DNA of 42,689 bases from an uncultured Porphyromonadaceae bacterium (GTDB lineage: Bacteria; Bacteroidota; Bacteroidia; Bacteroidales; UBA12481): assembly GCA_964465145.1 (NCBI GenBank), contig CAYXJR010000034.1:1-42689 (forward strand), written 5' to 3'. The number at the start of each line of letters is the position of its first letter. Within the stretch, counting starts at the first letter, position 1. The position numbers and the translations under genes were made by a program. This document shows, in pieces, positions 18,233-26,027 of this stretch. The notes beneath the pieces were generated by a model that saw only the letters and a program-made list of their open reading frames with translations, did not search any database and was not told the DNA's origin.

Positions 18233-18240
18233 CAAAGTTA
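18233..18240 (-). promoter_or_regulatory. Possible Bacteroidota -7 element TAACTTTG (TAnnTTTG) upstream of the 77-aa/T9SS/peptide genes
   Basis: The reverse complement of caaagtta at 18233-18240 matches the Bacteroidetes sigma-A -7 consensus TAnnTTTG, about 55 nt upstream of the TTG start. There is no clear -33 TTTG. Confidence 0.25.
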
Positions 18241-18304
18241 TTAACTTAAATTGAATTGCGCAGTCATAATGACTTTTTTTAGTGAAATTGGACAGGTTTA
18301 TGAT

Positions 18305-19426
18305 TTAGCGTCTGATAAAAAGGTTTTTATAGGTTGCAAAATGTGCTTTGTACCAAGACTTATCTCCCAACCTACGGATGAGAGCTTTCCGCTCTGCTTT
18401 GTTGTAAATGGCTATCACGGGCAATGTGACATATCTTTTCAGGCGTGTGCCAAAATACAAAGCTATTCTGAATGCAGAATGCCAGGCAGGATGATTAATA
18501 AAAAACAGAATTTGACGGAGGTATCTTCTGGCCTGAGAATTATTTTCGTATTGCAGGCTGTCGGGGCGATCAAGCAATTCATGAGAAACAATAATATGGG
18601 CATTTAGGCGCTTGAAATAATGACCGAAATCCTTGCTGGTTTGTAAACAATTGGCCCTTTGGGAAAGTAAAAACAAATCATAGCTATGACGGAGAGACAG
18701 TTTTCTTTCCTTAAAAGCCTTATCATTCATCTGAGCATTCATCATATTATGAATAATTTGATGCCTATCTGAGAGGATAAAGGCTTCTCCTTCATGGATT
18801 AATTTTCTTTTCTCCGTGTCTATCAGATCAAAGTTGAATTTCCGGTCGTATGGCTTCGATACTGGCTGCCGGTGCACTTCCACAGCAGCTAACAAAGTAT
18901 CATTACGTAAACGGGGATAATGCTTTATCTCTTTTAATATATCGGTACTGAAAGGAATGGGATAATAATATCCCAATTCCCCTAATAACTCTACTGCCGG
19001 GAGTAATTCCTCCCAGGCAACAAGGAAGTCAATATCCCCGATCATGCGTTCGCCATGATCCCGATAGAGCCCATCCATCATGTGGGCAGTACCTTTAAGG
19101 AAAATAGGAGAAATGCCTTTCGAATTGAGCAGCTTAATAATATCACTTATCTGGGCTAGTATTTCCTTATTCCTCCGGGAGTTGGTTTCATGCAGATGGT
19201 CAAGATGTACGATCAGGTCAGCAGGTAATTCGTTCAGGAGCTTGCTGTCTCTCAGCTGGATGTACAGAGCCGGAAGTACCAGTTGCTGGCTGCTCACCAA
19301 TACCAGATGTTCCCATTCCAACTCACCGCTCTGCAGGATTTTTCTAATCTCCGGTATGCGTTGCGGGTAATGCCTGAGAGTAAGGCAGTTTCCAACAAAG
19401 AACAATGTATCCTTATAGTTCATCAT
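18305..19426 (-). CDS. Nucleotidyltransferase-superfamily protein (NTP_transf_5-like, uncharacterised)
   Basis: 373 aa with the minimal pol-beta NTase signature ...FLKGTAHMMDGLYRDHGERMIGDIDFLV (hG[GS]...DhD). Its start overlaps the kinase stop by 14 nt (aATGATGAACTATAA), implying translational coupling. Confidence 0.75.
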   Translation of the reverse strand: MMNYKDTLFFVGNCLTLRHYPQRIPEIRKILQSGELEWEHLVLVSSQQLVLPALYIQLRDSKLLNELPADLIVHLDHLHETNSRRNKEILAQISDIIKLLNSKGISPIFLKGTAHMMDGLYRDHGERMIGDIDFLVAWEELLPAVELLGELGYYYPIPFSTDILKEIKHYPRLRNDTLLAAVEVHRQPVSKPYDRKFNFDLIDTEKRKLIHEGEAFILSDRHQIIHNMMNAQMNDKAFKERKLSLRHSYDLFLLSQRANCLQTSKDFGHYFKRLNAHIIVSHELLDRPDSLQYENNSQARRYLRQILFFINHPAWHSAFRIALYFGTRLKRYVTLPVIAIYNKAERKALIRRLGDKSWYKAHFATYKNLFIRR

Positions 19427-20555
19427 TGAACAGTTTACGCACAGTACTCACCATTTGTTCGTTATCGCTGTATGTTAATCTGTAGCAGGGTAGTTCGATG
19501 AACCAGTCCATAAAGCTCTCTACATTTTCATATATCGGGGAGATCCATGAATCCGTTACCAGTTTTTGAAATGCGATATGTTTTGGTTCTTCAGTCAGTT
19601 CCAGTTCAGCACCCGGGGAATAATTAATAAAAACAATTGCCTTAACCGGGGCAGCCGTGTTTTCAGGATCAGCCGTAATGGGAGGGGGAAGAAAAATCAT
19701 TCTTGTGGCAGCATCCTTATAATGGACTTCTCTGTGTTCCCCGAATTCAGGGAATGAGTTTTTAATAAGATCCCAAGCTCCTTCCTTTATTGAAATGGCG
19801 GAGGGGAATAGTCGTAATTCTCTTGTTGCAGCCTCGATAGGCACAAAATCATCGGCTATAACATCAAAACCATTGGCAAGAAGTATAGCCAGACTTGTAC
19901 TTTTCCCGCTTCCTGATTCACCGGGCATAATTATGCTGTTTTTCCCATCGCTGAGGGCTGATGCATGGAAAACCCCTATCCAGTCTTCTTCCTTCCTGTC
20001 ATAAACTTTATTCAGGAATTCCGCCGAAACCTTGCCCTGGAAGAAGTGTACCTCATCCATACCCCATGGGCCAATCAGCTTATCATCAGACCGCAAATAG
20101 AGATTATCCTCAATCCTGAAAAGCATAAATGTGTGATAATCGTCTTTTACCTCATTTGTTTCCAGGTGGGCAAGTTTTGGGTGGAACATTTCCTCCAGCT
20201 TCTTATGGTAATATTGAAAGCAGAAGCTGCATCCAGCGAACTGGTAATATTTCTCTGAATAAATTCCACCCTCAGGATTGATCTTAACTGAATCCTGGTG
20301 AGTATGATTAAGGATATTTTGAAAAGGCTTATTGTTTAATTCTATCAGGGAACTGACTTCCCCCACAAACTTTTGGGCATCAGCGTTTGGCAATCCATAG
20401 GTATTGGAGCACCAAAAGGCAATATTATCAAGGGGAATATTATTATTTAACTGATCAAAAACCCGGTAAGCAGGCTCCTCCATCCACACGTACTTGTTGC
20501 TTTTCTCAAACCATACAAGTGATTTGTCCTCCAGGGATCTGCAAAGTATTCTCAT
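19413..20555 (-). CDS. PqqD/RRE-like N-terminal domain fused to an HPr-kinase/phosphorylase-like P-loop kinase
   Basis: 380 aa. Residues ~10-80 (LVWFEKSNKYVWMEEPAYRVFDQL...IAFWCSNTYGLPNADAQKFVGEVSSLIELN) follow the PqqD pattern. A Walker-A motif GESGSGKST followed by an Asp-rich region matches the HprK C-terminal domain. Confidence 0.7.
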   Translation of the reverse strand: MRILCRSLEDKSLVWFEKSNKYVWMEEPAYRVFDQLNNNIPLDNIAFWCSNTYGLPNADAQKFVGEVSSLIELNNKPFQNILNHTHQDSVKINPEGGIYSEKYYQFAGCSFCFQYYHKKLEEMFHPKLAHLETNEVKDDYHTFMLFRIEDNLYLRSDDKLIGPWGMDEVHFFQGKVSAEFLNKVYDRKEEDWIGVFHASALSDGKNSIIMPGESGSGKSTSLAILLANGFDVIADDFVPIEAATRELRLFPSAISIKEGAWDLIKNSFPEFGEHREVHYKDAATRMIFLPPPITADPENTAAPVKAIVFINYSPGAELELTEEPKHIAFQKLVTDSWISPIYENVESFMDWFIELPCYRLTYSDNEQMVSTVRKLFNDEL

Positions 20556-20640
20556 TTATTTCCTCTCACCATTTGCTACCCGGATCCTTTGCTTTTTCTG
20601 AGTCTGCCTGAGCTTATTTAGGGCTGAAGAAAAAGACCAT
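20556..20640 (-). pseudogene. Decayed 3' fragment of a paralog of the 64-aa peptide gene (in-frame TAA, 5' end replaced by repeat element)
   Basis: About 80% nucleotide identity to 15562-15670. The conserved frame reads MVFFFSPK*AQADSEKAKDPGSKW*, compared with MLFFFSPKEAQADSTAPKVPGGGGW* in the intact copy. Homology ends at catggatg, where the 42-bp IR element begins. Confidence 0.55.
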
Positions 20641-20682
20641 GGATGTTGGAGCGCAGCGACAGTCCCGGCTTGCCGGGAACAG
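20641..20682. repeat. 42-bp inverted-repeat element, left copy (contains hairpin TCCCGG-cttg-CCGGGA)
   Basis: ggatgttggagcgcagcgacagtcccggcttgccgggaacag. The reverse complement of 23140-23181 matches at 41/42 positions. Confidence 0.9.
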
Positions 20683-20900
20683 TTAACAGATGACAGATAA
20701 CGGATAGCTTTGGTCTTAATTCTTTGATCTTGATTTCTTAAACAAGATTCTTGCATCTTGCGTCTTGCATCTTGTATCTTGTATTTTGCGTCTCCGGTCC
20801 CTCCGTCCCCTTTTCTCCCGCGTCACTCGTCACCCGTCACTTGTCACTCTTTTCCGTCCCCTCGTCCCTTTGTCCCTCTATTTCCCTTTTCTCCTCCACC
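20683..20900. repeat. Mosaic heptamer-periodic tract (ACAGATR, TCTTGYR, CGTCACY, TCGTCCC...) extending into the flotillin 3' coding end
   Basis: ttaacagatgacagataacggat ... cttgcatcttgcgtcttgcatcttgtatcttgtattttgcgtct ... cgtcactcgtcacccgtcacttgtcactc read directly. Confidence 0.8.
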
Positions 20901-22261
20901 TTCTTGCCTTTCAGATAATCAGGTAGTTCGAGGCCGGCCATCCTGAATAGTTCTTCGAATGGAGGTATGGAGCCGAGCATCCCGGAAAGAAAGTTTGCAG
21001 ATGTTGGGGATTTTCCGTCTTTTCCCGACGACATATTATCCCAGACGGTTATCTTATCGATCTTAAGGTTCTTAATGGCTTCAACCTGTGTTTTCACCAG
21101 CTCGGGCAGCTTATCGGCTATCATCAGCATAACGGCAGCGGAAGGATCTTCGTTGGCAGCATCCACCAGCTTCTCAAAACCGCTGGCCTCTTTGCTCAGG
21201 ATCTCGTAAATACCACGGGCCTCAGCATCCATCTTCAGGAAGATAGCATCTGCTTCCCCTTTGGCATGCCGCCTTGTCTGTTCGGCAATAGCTTCGGCAT
21301 TGATCTCAACTTTTTCCTTATCGATCTGGGCAGGCACCACGATGTTGGCATTCTGAGTGGCCCTGTCCCTCTCGGCACGGGCCTTTTCAGCATCTTGTTC
21401 AGCGGCATAAGCCTCTTCGAGGGCTTTGGCTTGTGTGACTTTCTCAGCCACAACAGCTTTCCTTTCGGCTTCTGCTTCTTTCTCACGCCTGGTGGCATTG
21501 GAGTTGGCAATAGTGATTTTAGCGGTGTTTTCCCCTTCCACAGCTGATGCATCGGCGGATGCAACCTGTATCCTCTGATCCTGATGGGCCTGGGCTTCAC
21601 CGATCGATCCATCTCTGTTCTTTTCGGCAACGCTTTTCTTGGCATCATTTATAGCTTTAGCGGCAGCTTCTTTACCCAAAGCTTCAATATATCCGGATTC
21701 ATCATTGATATCGGTTACGTTCACGTTGATCAGCTTAAGTCCGATCTTTTTTAGTTCAGCCTCAACGTTGGAAGATACAGCCGCCAGGAACTTATCCCTG
21801 TTAGAGTTGATCTCCTCAATATCCATTGTTGCTACCACCAGCCTCAACTGACCGAAAATGATGTCCTTGGCCAGGTTGCTGATGTCCTGCTGTGAGAGGC
21901 CAAGAAGCCTTTCTGCTGCATTGGTCATGACACCCGGCTCTGTGGAAATACCAACAGTAAAGCGGGATGGAACATCAACACGGATATTCTGCTTACTCAA
22001 AGCACTGGTTAGATTGATTTCAATGGATAGCGGTGTGAGATCGAGGAATGAATAATCCTGGATCACCGGCCAGATAAAGGCTGCCCCCCCATGTATGCAT
22101 TTGGCAGAACGGTACTCTGCTTCCCCGCCTTTACCAATCTTACCATAAATAACAAGAATACGGTCGGAAGGGCATCTCTTGTACCTTCTGAAGAATGAAA
22201 TGATGAGAATGAAAACGAAAAGTGCTGCTAAAACCAGCAGTATAAGTGTGTATTGTCCCAT
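20837..22261 (-). CDS. Flotillin-like SPFH/band-7 protein (YqiK-like)
   Basis: 474 aa with an N-terminal TM, an SPFH domain, then a long Ala/Glu/Lys-rich coiled-coil (AEAERKAVVAEKVTQAKALEEAYAAEQDAEKARAERDRA). This is typical flotillin architecture. Confidence 0.85.
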   Translation of the reverse strand: MGQYTLILLVLAALFVFILIISFFRRYKRCPSDRILVIYGKIGKGGEAEYRSAKCIHGGAAFIWPVIQDYSFLDLTPLSIEINLTSALSKQNIRVDVPSRFTVGISTEPGVMTNAAERLLGLSQQDISNLAKDIIFGQLRLVVATMDIEEINSNRDKFLAAVSSNVEAELKKIGLKLINVNVTDINDESGYIEALGKEAAAKAINDAKKSVAEKNRDGSIGEAQAHQDQRIQVASADASAVEGENTAKITIANSNATRREKEAEAERKAVVAEKVTQAKALEEAYAAEQDAEKARAERDRATQNANIVVPAQIDKEKVEINAEAIAEQTRRHAKGEADAIFLKMDAEARGIYEILSKEASGFEKLVDAANEDPSAAVMLMIADKLPELVKTQVEAIKNLKIDKITVWDNMSSGKDGKSPTSANFLSGMLGSIPPFEELFRMAGLELPDYLKGKKVEEKREIEGQRDEGTEKSDK

Positions 22262-22279
22262 TGGAGTATAATTTAAGAA

Positions 22280-22873
22280 TTATTTAGCGGAAGGTTTAAC
22301 AATCAGAATTTCATTATTGTATATATCGATCACCTCAACTACTGCCCCTGTTTTGAGCTCCTCTTCACTATCAGTAATGGCATCGAGGGTTTGCAGGCCC
22401 TGCACAGATATCTGCACCTTACCCATCCCGGCCCTTTTGGGAGGTATTGTAAGGTAAACAGTCCCAATCTTCCCTTTAGCATTTACCAGCCTCAGGGTGC
22501 CATCATCAGTGAGCTTCCACATGAAATAGATCAAGGATGCCATGATTACCATCATCAGGAGGCCAGCACCCAGGGAAATTATCAGGGTGAGCGGCACACT
22601 CAAACCGGAATTAACGCATGCGATCCCAGCCCAGGCAAAAATGGTGAAAAAGGCAACGAGGTTTTTCAATGAAAGGAACTGAAAACCAATCCCATGGTCA
22701 CTTTCGATGCTGGCATCAACATCCCCGCTAGAATCCACATCACTCATGTCCCCCATAAAAAATGTCATTATGGTTTGCAGAATGAAAATCACGGAAAAAG
22801 GTATGGCAATGATCCAGTAAACCTTTTCAAGGGCACCCAGGGAGGGCCACCACTCGGAGATAGAGAGTATCAT
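22280..22873 (-). CDS. NfeD-like membrane protein (YqiJ-like) partner of flotillin
   Basis: 197 aa with multiple TM helices followed by a C-terminal soluble beta-domain-like tail. It lies immediately upstream of and co-directional with flotillin. Confidence 0.65.
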   Translation of the reverse strand: MILSISEWWPSLGALEKVYWIIAIPFSVIFILQTIMTFFMGDMSDVDSSGDVDASIESDHGIGFQFLSLKNLVAFFTIFAWAGIACVNSGLSVPLTLIISLGAGLLMMVIMASLIYFMWKLTDDGTLRLVNAKGKIGTVYLTIPPKRAGMGKVQISVQGLQTLDAITDSEEELKTGAVVEVIDIYNNEILIVKPSAK

Positions 22874-22904
22874 GCTGGGAGGTATTTAATTATGTTTTAA
22901 TATC

Positions 22905-23139
22905 ACCCTTAAAAATACTAAATAATTCCAAATTACAACTGTATTCTCGCTCACTTCGTTCGCTGGAAATTACCAAGGCTTGTCGAAGCGAAGCGGAGAT
23001 CCCGATAGCGAAGCGTATCGGGAAGGCTTAAGGCATAAGACTTTAGTATAAGTATGAGTTTTAAGTTTTGAGGTTATAAGGAAAGTTATTATTCGTAACC
23101 TTACATAACCTCTCGTAACCTTTTTTAATCACCCGTCAT
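22905..23139. repeat. Mosaic heptamer-periodic/REP-like intergenic tract (TCGCTCACTTCGTTCGCTG, GCGAAGCG, ATAAGTA/TAAGTTT, CGTAACC motifs)
   Basis: Read directly. It shares a 20-mer with 40716-40736 and the ATAAGTA/TAAGGTT vocabulary with 6645-6680 and 40760-40800. Confidence 0.6.
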
Positions 23140-23181
23140 CTGTTCCCGGCAAGCCGGGACTGTCGCTGCGCTCCAGCATCC
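23140..23181. repeat. 42-bp inverted-repeat element, right copy
   Basis: ctgttcccggcaagccgggactgtcgctgcgctccagcatcc is the reverse complement of 20641-20682 with one mismatch. Confidence 0.9.
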
Positions 23182-23252
23182 TATATCCTCATACATCCTA
23201 AACCTTAATAGATTATTTCGAATTAATTTCGTACATTTAGAAAAAACCTGTC

Positions 23253-23855
23253 ATGAAACGGATTTTAGTTGCACTTTGTATTCTGCTTTTTCTGTGGATT
23301 TCCGGATCAAGCTTCTGGTATGTTTGTAAGATCAGGGACAACTGTAATTCCGGACAAGAGATAACAATAGATAATGAGCAAAAGGAAGAAACCCTGCTGA
23401 TAGATGAGCCTGATGAAGCGGATTCTCTTATGAAAGACTCCCGGGCTAACAGCCTTATCCCACCTCCTGCCCCTGTAGATTCCTTGTCAATAGCAAGGGC
23501 ATATATGCAAAATGTACAAACCAAAACCATCTATTTCGATTTCGCCAAATCTGAAACAAAACTATCGGAGGATGACAGGGAATATCTTAAAATGCTCCGT
23601 ATTTACATGGATAATGAGCCTGGGAAAGGGATATACCTGACTGGCCATTCAGATTCAAAAGGGAGCCCGGAGGCTAACATGTATGCCAGCGGTCAGCGTG
23701 CGCTGTTTGTTTCAGGATTATTGACGGAGGCAGGGATCCGGGAGGACCTAATCAAATCCAAAGGCCTGGGGGACAAAGAGCCGGCTGAATCAAACCAATC
23801 GCCTGAAGGCAGGGCCAAAAACCGCAGAGTAGAAATCACCATTAAAAACCAATAA
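23253..23855 (+). CDS. OmpA-family peptidoglycan-binding protein with N-terminal membrane anchor
   Basis: 200 aa. The C-terminal OmpA-like domain has TGHSDSKGSPEANMYASGQRA...NRRVEI. Confidence 0.75.
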   Translation: MKRILVALCILLFLWISGSSFWYVCKIRDNCNSGQEITIDNEQKEETLLIDEPDEADSLMKDSRANSLIPPPAPVDSLSIARAYMQNVQTKTIYFDFAKSETKLSEDDREYLKMLRIYMDNEPGKGIYLTGHSDSKGSPEANMYASGQRALFVSGLLTEAGIREDLIKSKGLGDKEPAESNQSPEGRAKNRRVEITIKNQ

Positions 23856-23859
23856 TATT

Positions 23860-24153
23860 ATGAGTGAACGATTCTCTTCCGACCTCCTATTTATCATCAT
23901 TGTATTGGTGATAGCTGCGATCCTGGGTTTTATGATCGGATACCTGATCGTAATGATCCAAAAAAGAAAAGCAGTTCAGCTATTGGAAAAACAAATTGCC
24001 GGTTTAGAAACCGAACTTTCTTCTTGCAAAAAAAGGAGGGATGAATCGGAATTAGAGGCGATTGGCCTGCGCAAGAAATTGGAGGAAGCCCTGGCCGCTG
24101 CTCCTGAACCAGAGTTAGATCCGAAAAAGCCCAAAAAGAAAAAGGGAGAATAA
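23860..24153 (+). CDS. Small single-TM coiled-coil protein with Lys-rich tail
   Basis: 97 aa, starting 5 nt after the OmpA-family gene. It has a TM helix, a coiled-coil segment and KKPKKKKGE. Confidence 0.45.
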   Translation: MSERFSSDLLFIIIVLVIAAILGFMIGYLIVMIQKRKAVQLLEKQIAGLETELSSCKKRRDESELEAIGLRKKLEEALAAAPEPELDPKKPKKKKGE

Positions 24154-24166
24154 GAGCCAGCCTAAT

Positions 24167-24412
24167 ATGAAATTAATCTTTAATCAATTAATATCTGGAG
24201 GTATTATTATGGAAACTTTAATTAGGTGGGTAAGCTGGATTCTCGTTATTTTGTCAGGTGTAGCCTTTATTTTCGCTGTTCTGACTGCTATTACTGATTT
24301 AACAATCATGGATTTAGCCCCGGAGAGCTATTCCCGTGCCTGTTCCAACCTGGCACTGCTGGCTATAGCCTTATCGTTTGTTGGGGTAAAAAAAGGCAGT
24401 AAGAAGGATTGA
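24167..24412 (+). CDS. Small two-TM membrane protein
   Basis: 81 aa with two hydrophobic helices. It follows the previous ORF by 13 nt. Confidence 0.4.
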   Translation: MKLIFNQLISGGIIMETLIRWVSWILVILSGVAFIFAVLTAITDLTIMDLAPESYSRACSNLALLAIALSFVGVKKGSKKD

Positions 24413-24613
24413 TATTTCAGTAAATAAATTTCTTTGTCTTTTCTGCCCGGAATGCTTTGCCATAACTGGGATATATTATTTTAACTCCTCTGTTCATCAA
24501 TTCCCGCCAGCTTTTATTTAGCTAATCAGGTAACAATGATTCATGCCGAGTTGAATGTCAATAATTTTTGTTTCCATTGTAAAAAGCAGAGTATGGATTG
24601 TTACGGTGGATTT

Positions 24614-24646
24614 ACAAAAAAGGCCATCCCATTTTTGGGACGGCCT
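24614..24646 (-). terminator. Rho-independent terminator for the minus-strand 70-aa ORF
   Basis: Minus-strand transcript reads AGGCCGUCCC-AAAAA-UGGGAUGGCCU followed by UUUUUU (plus strand aaaaaaggccatcccatttttgggacggcct). It begins about 15 nt after the ORF stop. Confidence 0.6.
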
Positions 24647-24660
24647 CCTGTCAGGCATTA

Positions 24661-24873
24661 TTATGCAAGTATATAATTAATTGCCGGAACCGGTTCGTAT
24701 ACAACATCCTGAAATCCCAGTGTACGGTTGAATGCACGTAGGTGGTTTCTGGATTCTAGCATAAGTGCCTCAGCTACAGCAATAATATCTTCACCCGGCG
24801 ACAATTCATATACATCTGCCAGATCGATAATATCCACTTCCTCAATAAGTGCCACTACCATCAGCGCTTCCAC
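24661..24873 (-). CDS. Hypothetical 70-aa protein (GTG start)
   Basis: ORF with an intrinsic terminator immediately downstream. No confident family assignment. Confidence 0.35.
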   Translation of the reverse strand: MEALMVVALIEEVDIIDLADVYELSPGEDIIAVAEALMLESRNHLRAFNRTLGFQDVVYEPVPAINYILA

Positions 24874-24968
24874 CAGGTTTGCACTTCCTCTTTCATAATT
24901 TTATATTTATTTTAATTAATACTTGAGGCGGATAGTTTTGTCGTGGAACCGGCTGGCTGTCCGTCTCT

Positions 24969-25526
24969 TTATTTAATCTCATTCCCATTGCTAAACCTTC
25001 TCCCATGCCCTGGGCCTCTGCCTGATCCTTGTCTGTTGCCAGATGGTTGATCAGTTTGAATAAGGGTTTGGAATAGTTTCAGCAGGTTTTCGTTTTGCTC
25101 AGGATTGCAGATCTTTTTTATGCCAAGATAAAAATCGATAGTTACCTGCTTTAGTTCAGTATGCTTATTCCCAATATCTTGAGACAACTGACTTAACGCC
25201 AGTTCATTTGGTTCACCTTTGCCTAATTCAGTTACCAGTTCCTGGCGTGAGATATCCATTTCAGCCTTTATCCTGTTAGCCATTCGGTTGAATCCCTGGT
25301 TCAGTTCCCATACCTTTTCCTGCTGATCGTTGTCCAGATTTAGTTTTTCGGTGAAAAAGCGGGTTCGTTGCATGTCGGGAATATTTTCCTCCTGCAGATT
25401 TTCCTGAACAGATACACCCGTTTTCTCTTTAAGGTGACTAACAAGGCTAATAATGGTCCCTGCATTGGTAGCTAATAATAACAGAACCAGCCAGGGAAGA
25501 ATTTTATATATGCGTTTATCGTTCAT
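24969..25526 (-). CDS. Periplasmic Spy/CpxP-like (LTXXQ-type) protein, third gene of ECF sigma operon
   Basis: 185 aa with signal/anchor. It is helical and Gln/Glu/Asn-rich (DNDQQEKVWELNQGFNRMANRIKAEMDISRQELV). The position after sigma/anti-sigma is typical. Confidence 0.45.
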   Translation of the reverse strand: MNDKRIYKILPWLVLLLLATNAGTIISLVSHLKEKTGVSVQENLQEENIPDMQRTRFFTEKLNLDNDQQEKVWELNQGFNRMANRIKAEMDISRQELVTELGKGEPNELALSQLSQDIGNKHTELKQVTIDFYLGIKKICNPEQNENLLKLFQTLIQTDQPSGNRQGSGRGPGHGRRFSNGNEIK

Positions 25527-25541
25527 GTCTTTTGTCGCGTT

Positions 25542-25979
25542 TTATAAATTTAACAGGAACTGCTCAATAGGTTCCTGCTCCATATCGTTTACCAGGTACT
25601 CAAATCCGCTTATTGCAGATTCATCCTGATATACATCCGGGGCCAGAACTTTACCTAATCCCAATCCTCCTAAAACACCAATTAGCAGAACCAGGCCGGC
25701 GGCTACTGCAGGTATCCACCTGAAAGACGAAAAAGTCTGTCTGAGAATCCCCGCATTGGATTCAGAATCAATTCTTGCCATAATCCGTGAATACAAAAAG
25801 GGATACGGCTGAATTTGTTTTTCCTCTTGTATGATATCGAGGGTGGTCCTAAGATAGATTACAAATGTGCTGCAGCTGGTGCATTTTTTCAAATGGGCCG
25901 CTACCTCCTGCATATCTTGTATATTCAGGCCTCCTTCGATGTAATCCGTTAATTTGCTATGACAATTTTTACATTCCAT
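25542..25979 (-). CDS. Zinc-finger anti-sigma factor (membrane-spanning)
   Basis: 145 aa with an N-terminal CxxH...CxxC (MECKNCHS...KKCTSCS) and one TM. It lies directly downstream of the ECF sigma gene. Confidence 0.6.
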   Translation of the reverse strand: MECKNCHSKLTDYIEGGLNIQDMQEVAAHLKKCTSCSTFVIYLRTTLDIIQEEKQIQPYPFLYSRIMARIDSESNAGILRQTFSSFRWIPAVAAGLVLLIGVLGGLGLGKVLAPDVYQDESAISGFEYLVNDMEQEPIEQFLLNL

Positions 25980-26027
25980 TAGGATGGCTTTTAACTATTT
26001 GACACTTTAATTTCCATAAACTTGCAC

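Noticed and set aside
18251-18607. 118-aa + strand ORF and other + ORFs (19080..19370, 19566..20258) in the kinase/NTase region.
   Set aside because: They are antisense to genes with clear catalytic motifs (P-loop, GDIDFLV) and are considered spurious.
20556-20756. 66-aa ORF upstream of the kinase gene.
   Set aside because: Its frame differs from the conserved peptide-paralog frame. It runs across the 42-bp IR element and the heptamer tract. It is an artefact spanning the decayed peptide remnant.
21235-21648. 137-aa Lys/Pro/Arg-rich ORF and other small ORFs (20967..21209, 21266..21547, 21639..22055, 22391..22900) overlapping flotillin/NfeD.
   Set aside because: They are alternative frames or antisense to the Ala/Glu/Lys-rich coiled-coil region of flotillin and to the NfeD gene. 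Their low-complexity composition is explained by the real gene.
20641-23181. Interpreting the IR pair as a phase-variation invertible promoter switch.
   Set aside because: The enclosed segment contains whole genes plus their likely upstream region, so inversion would not obviously toggle expression. No invertase or recombinase gene is nearby. It is kept only as a low-probability alternative in the findings.
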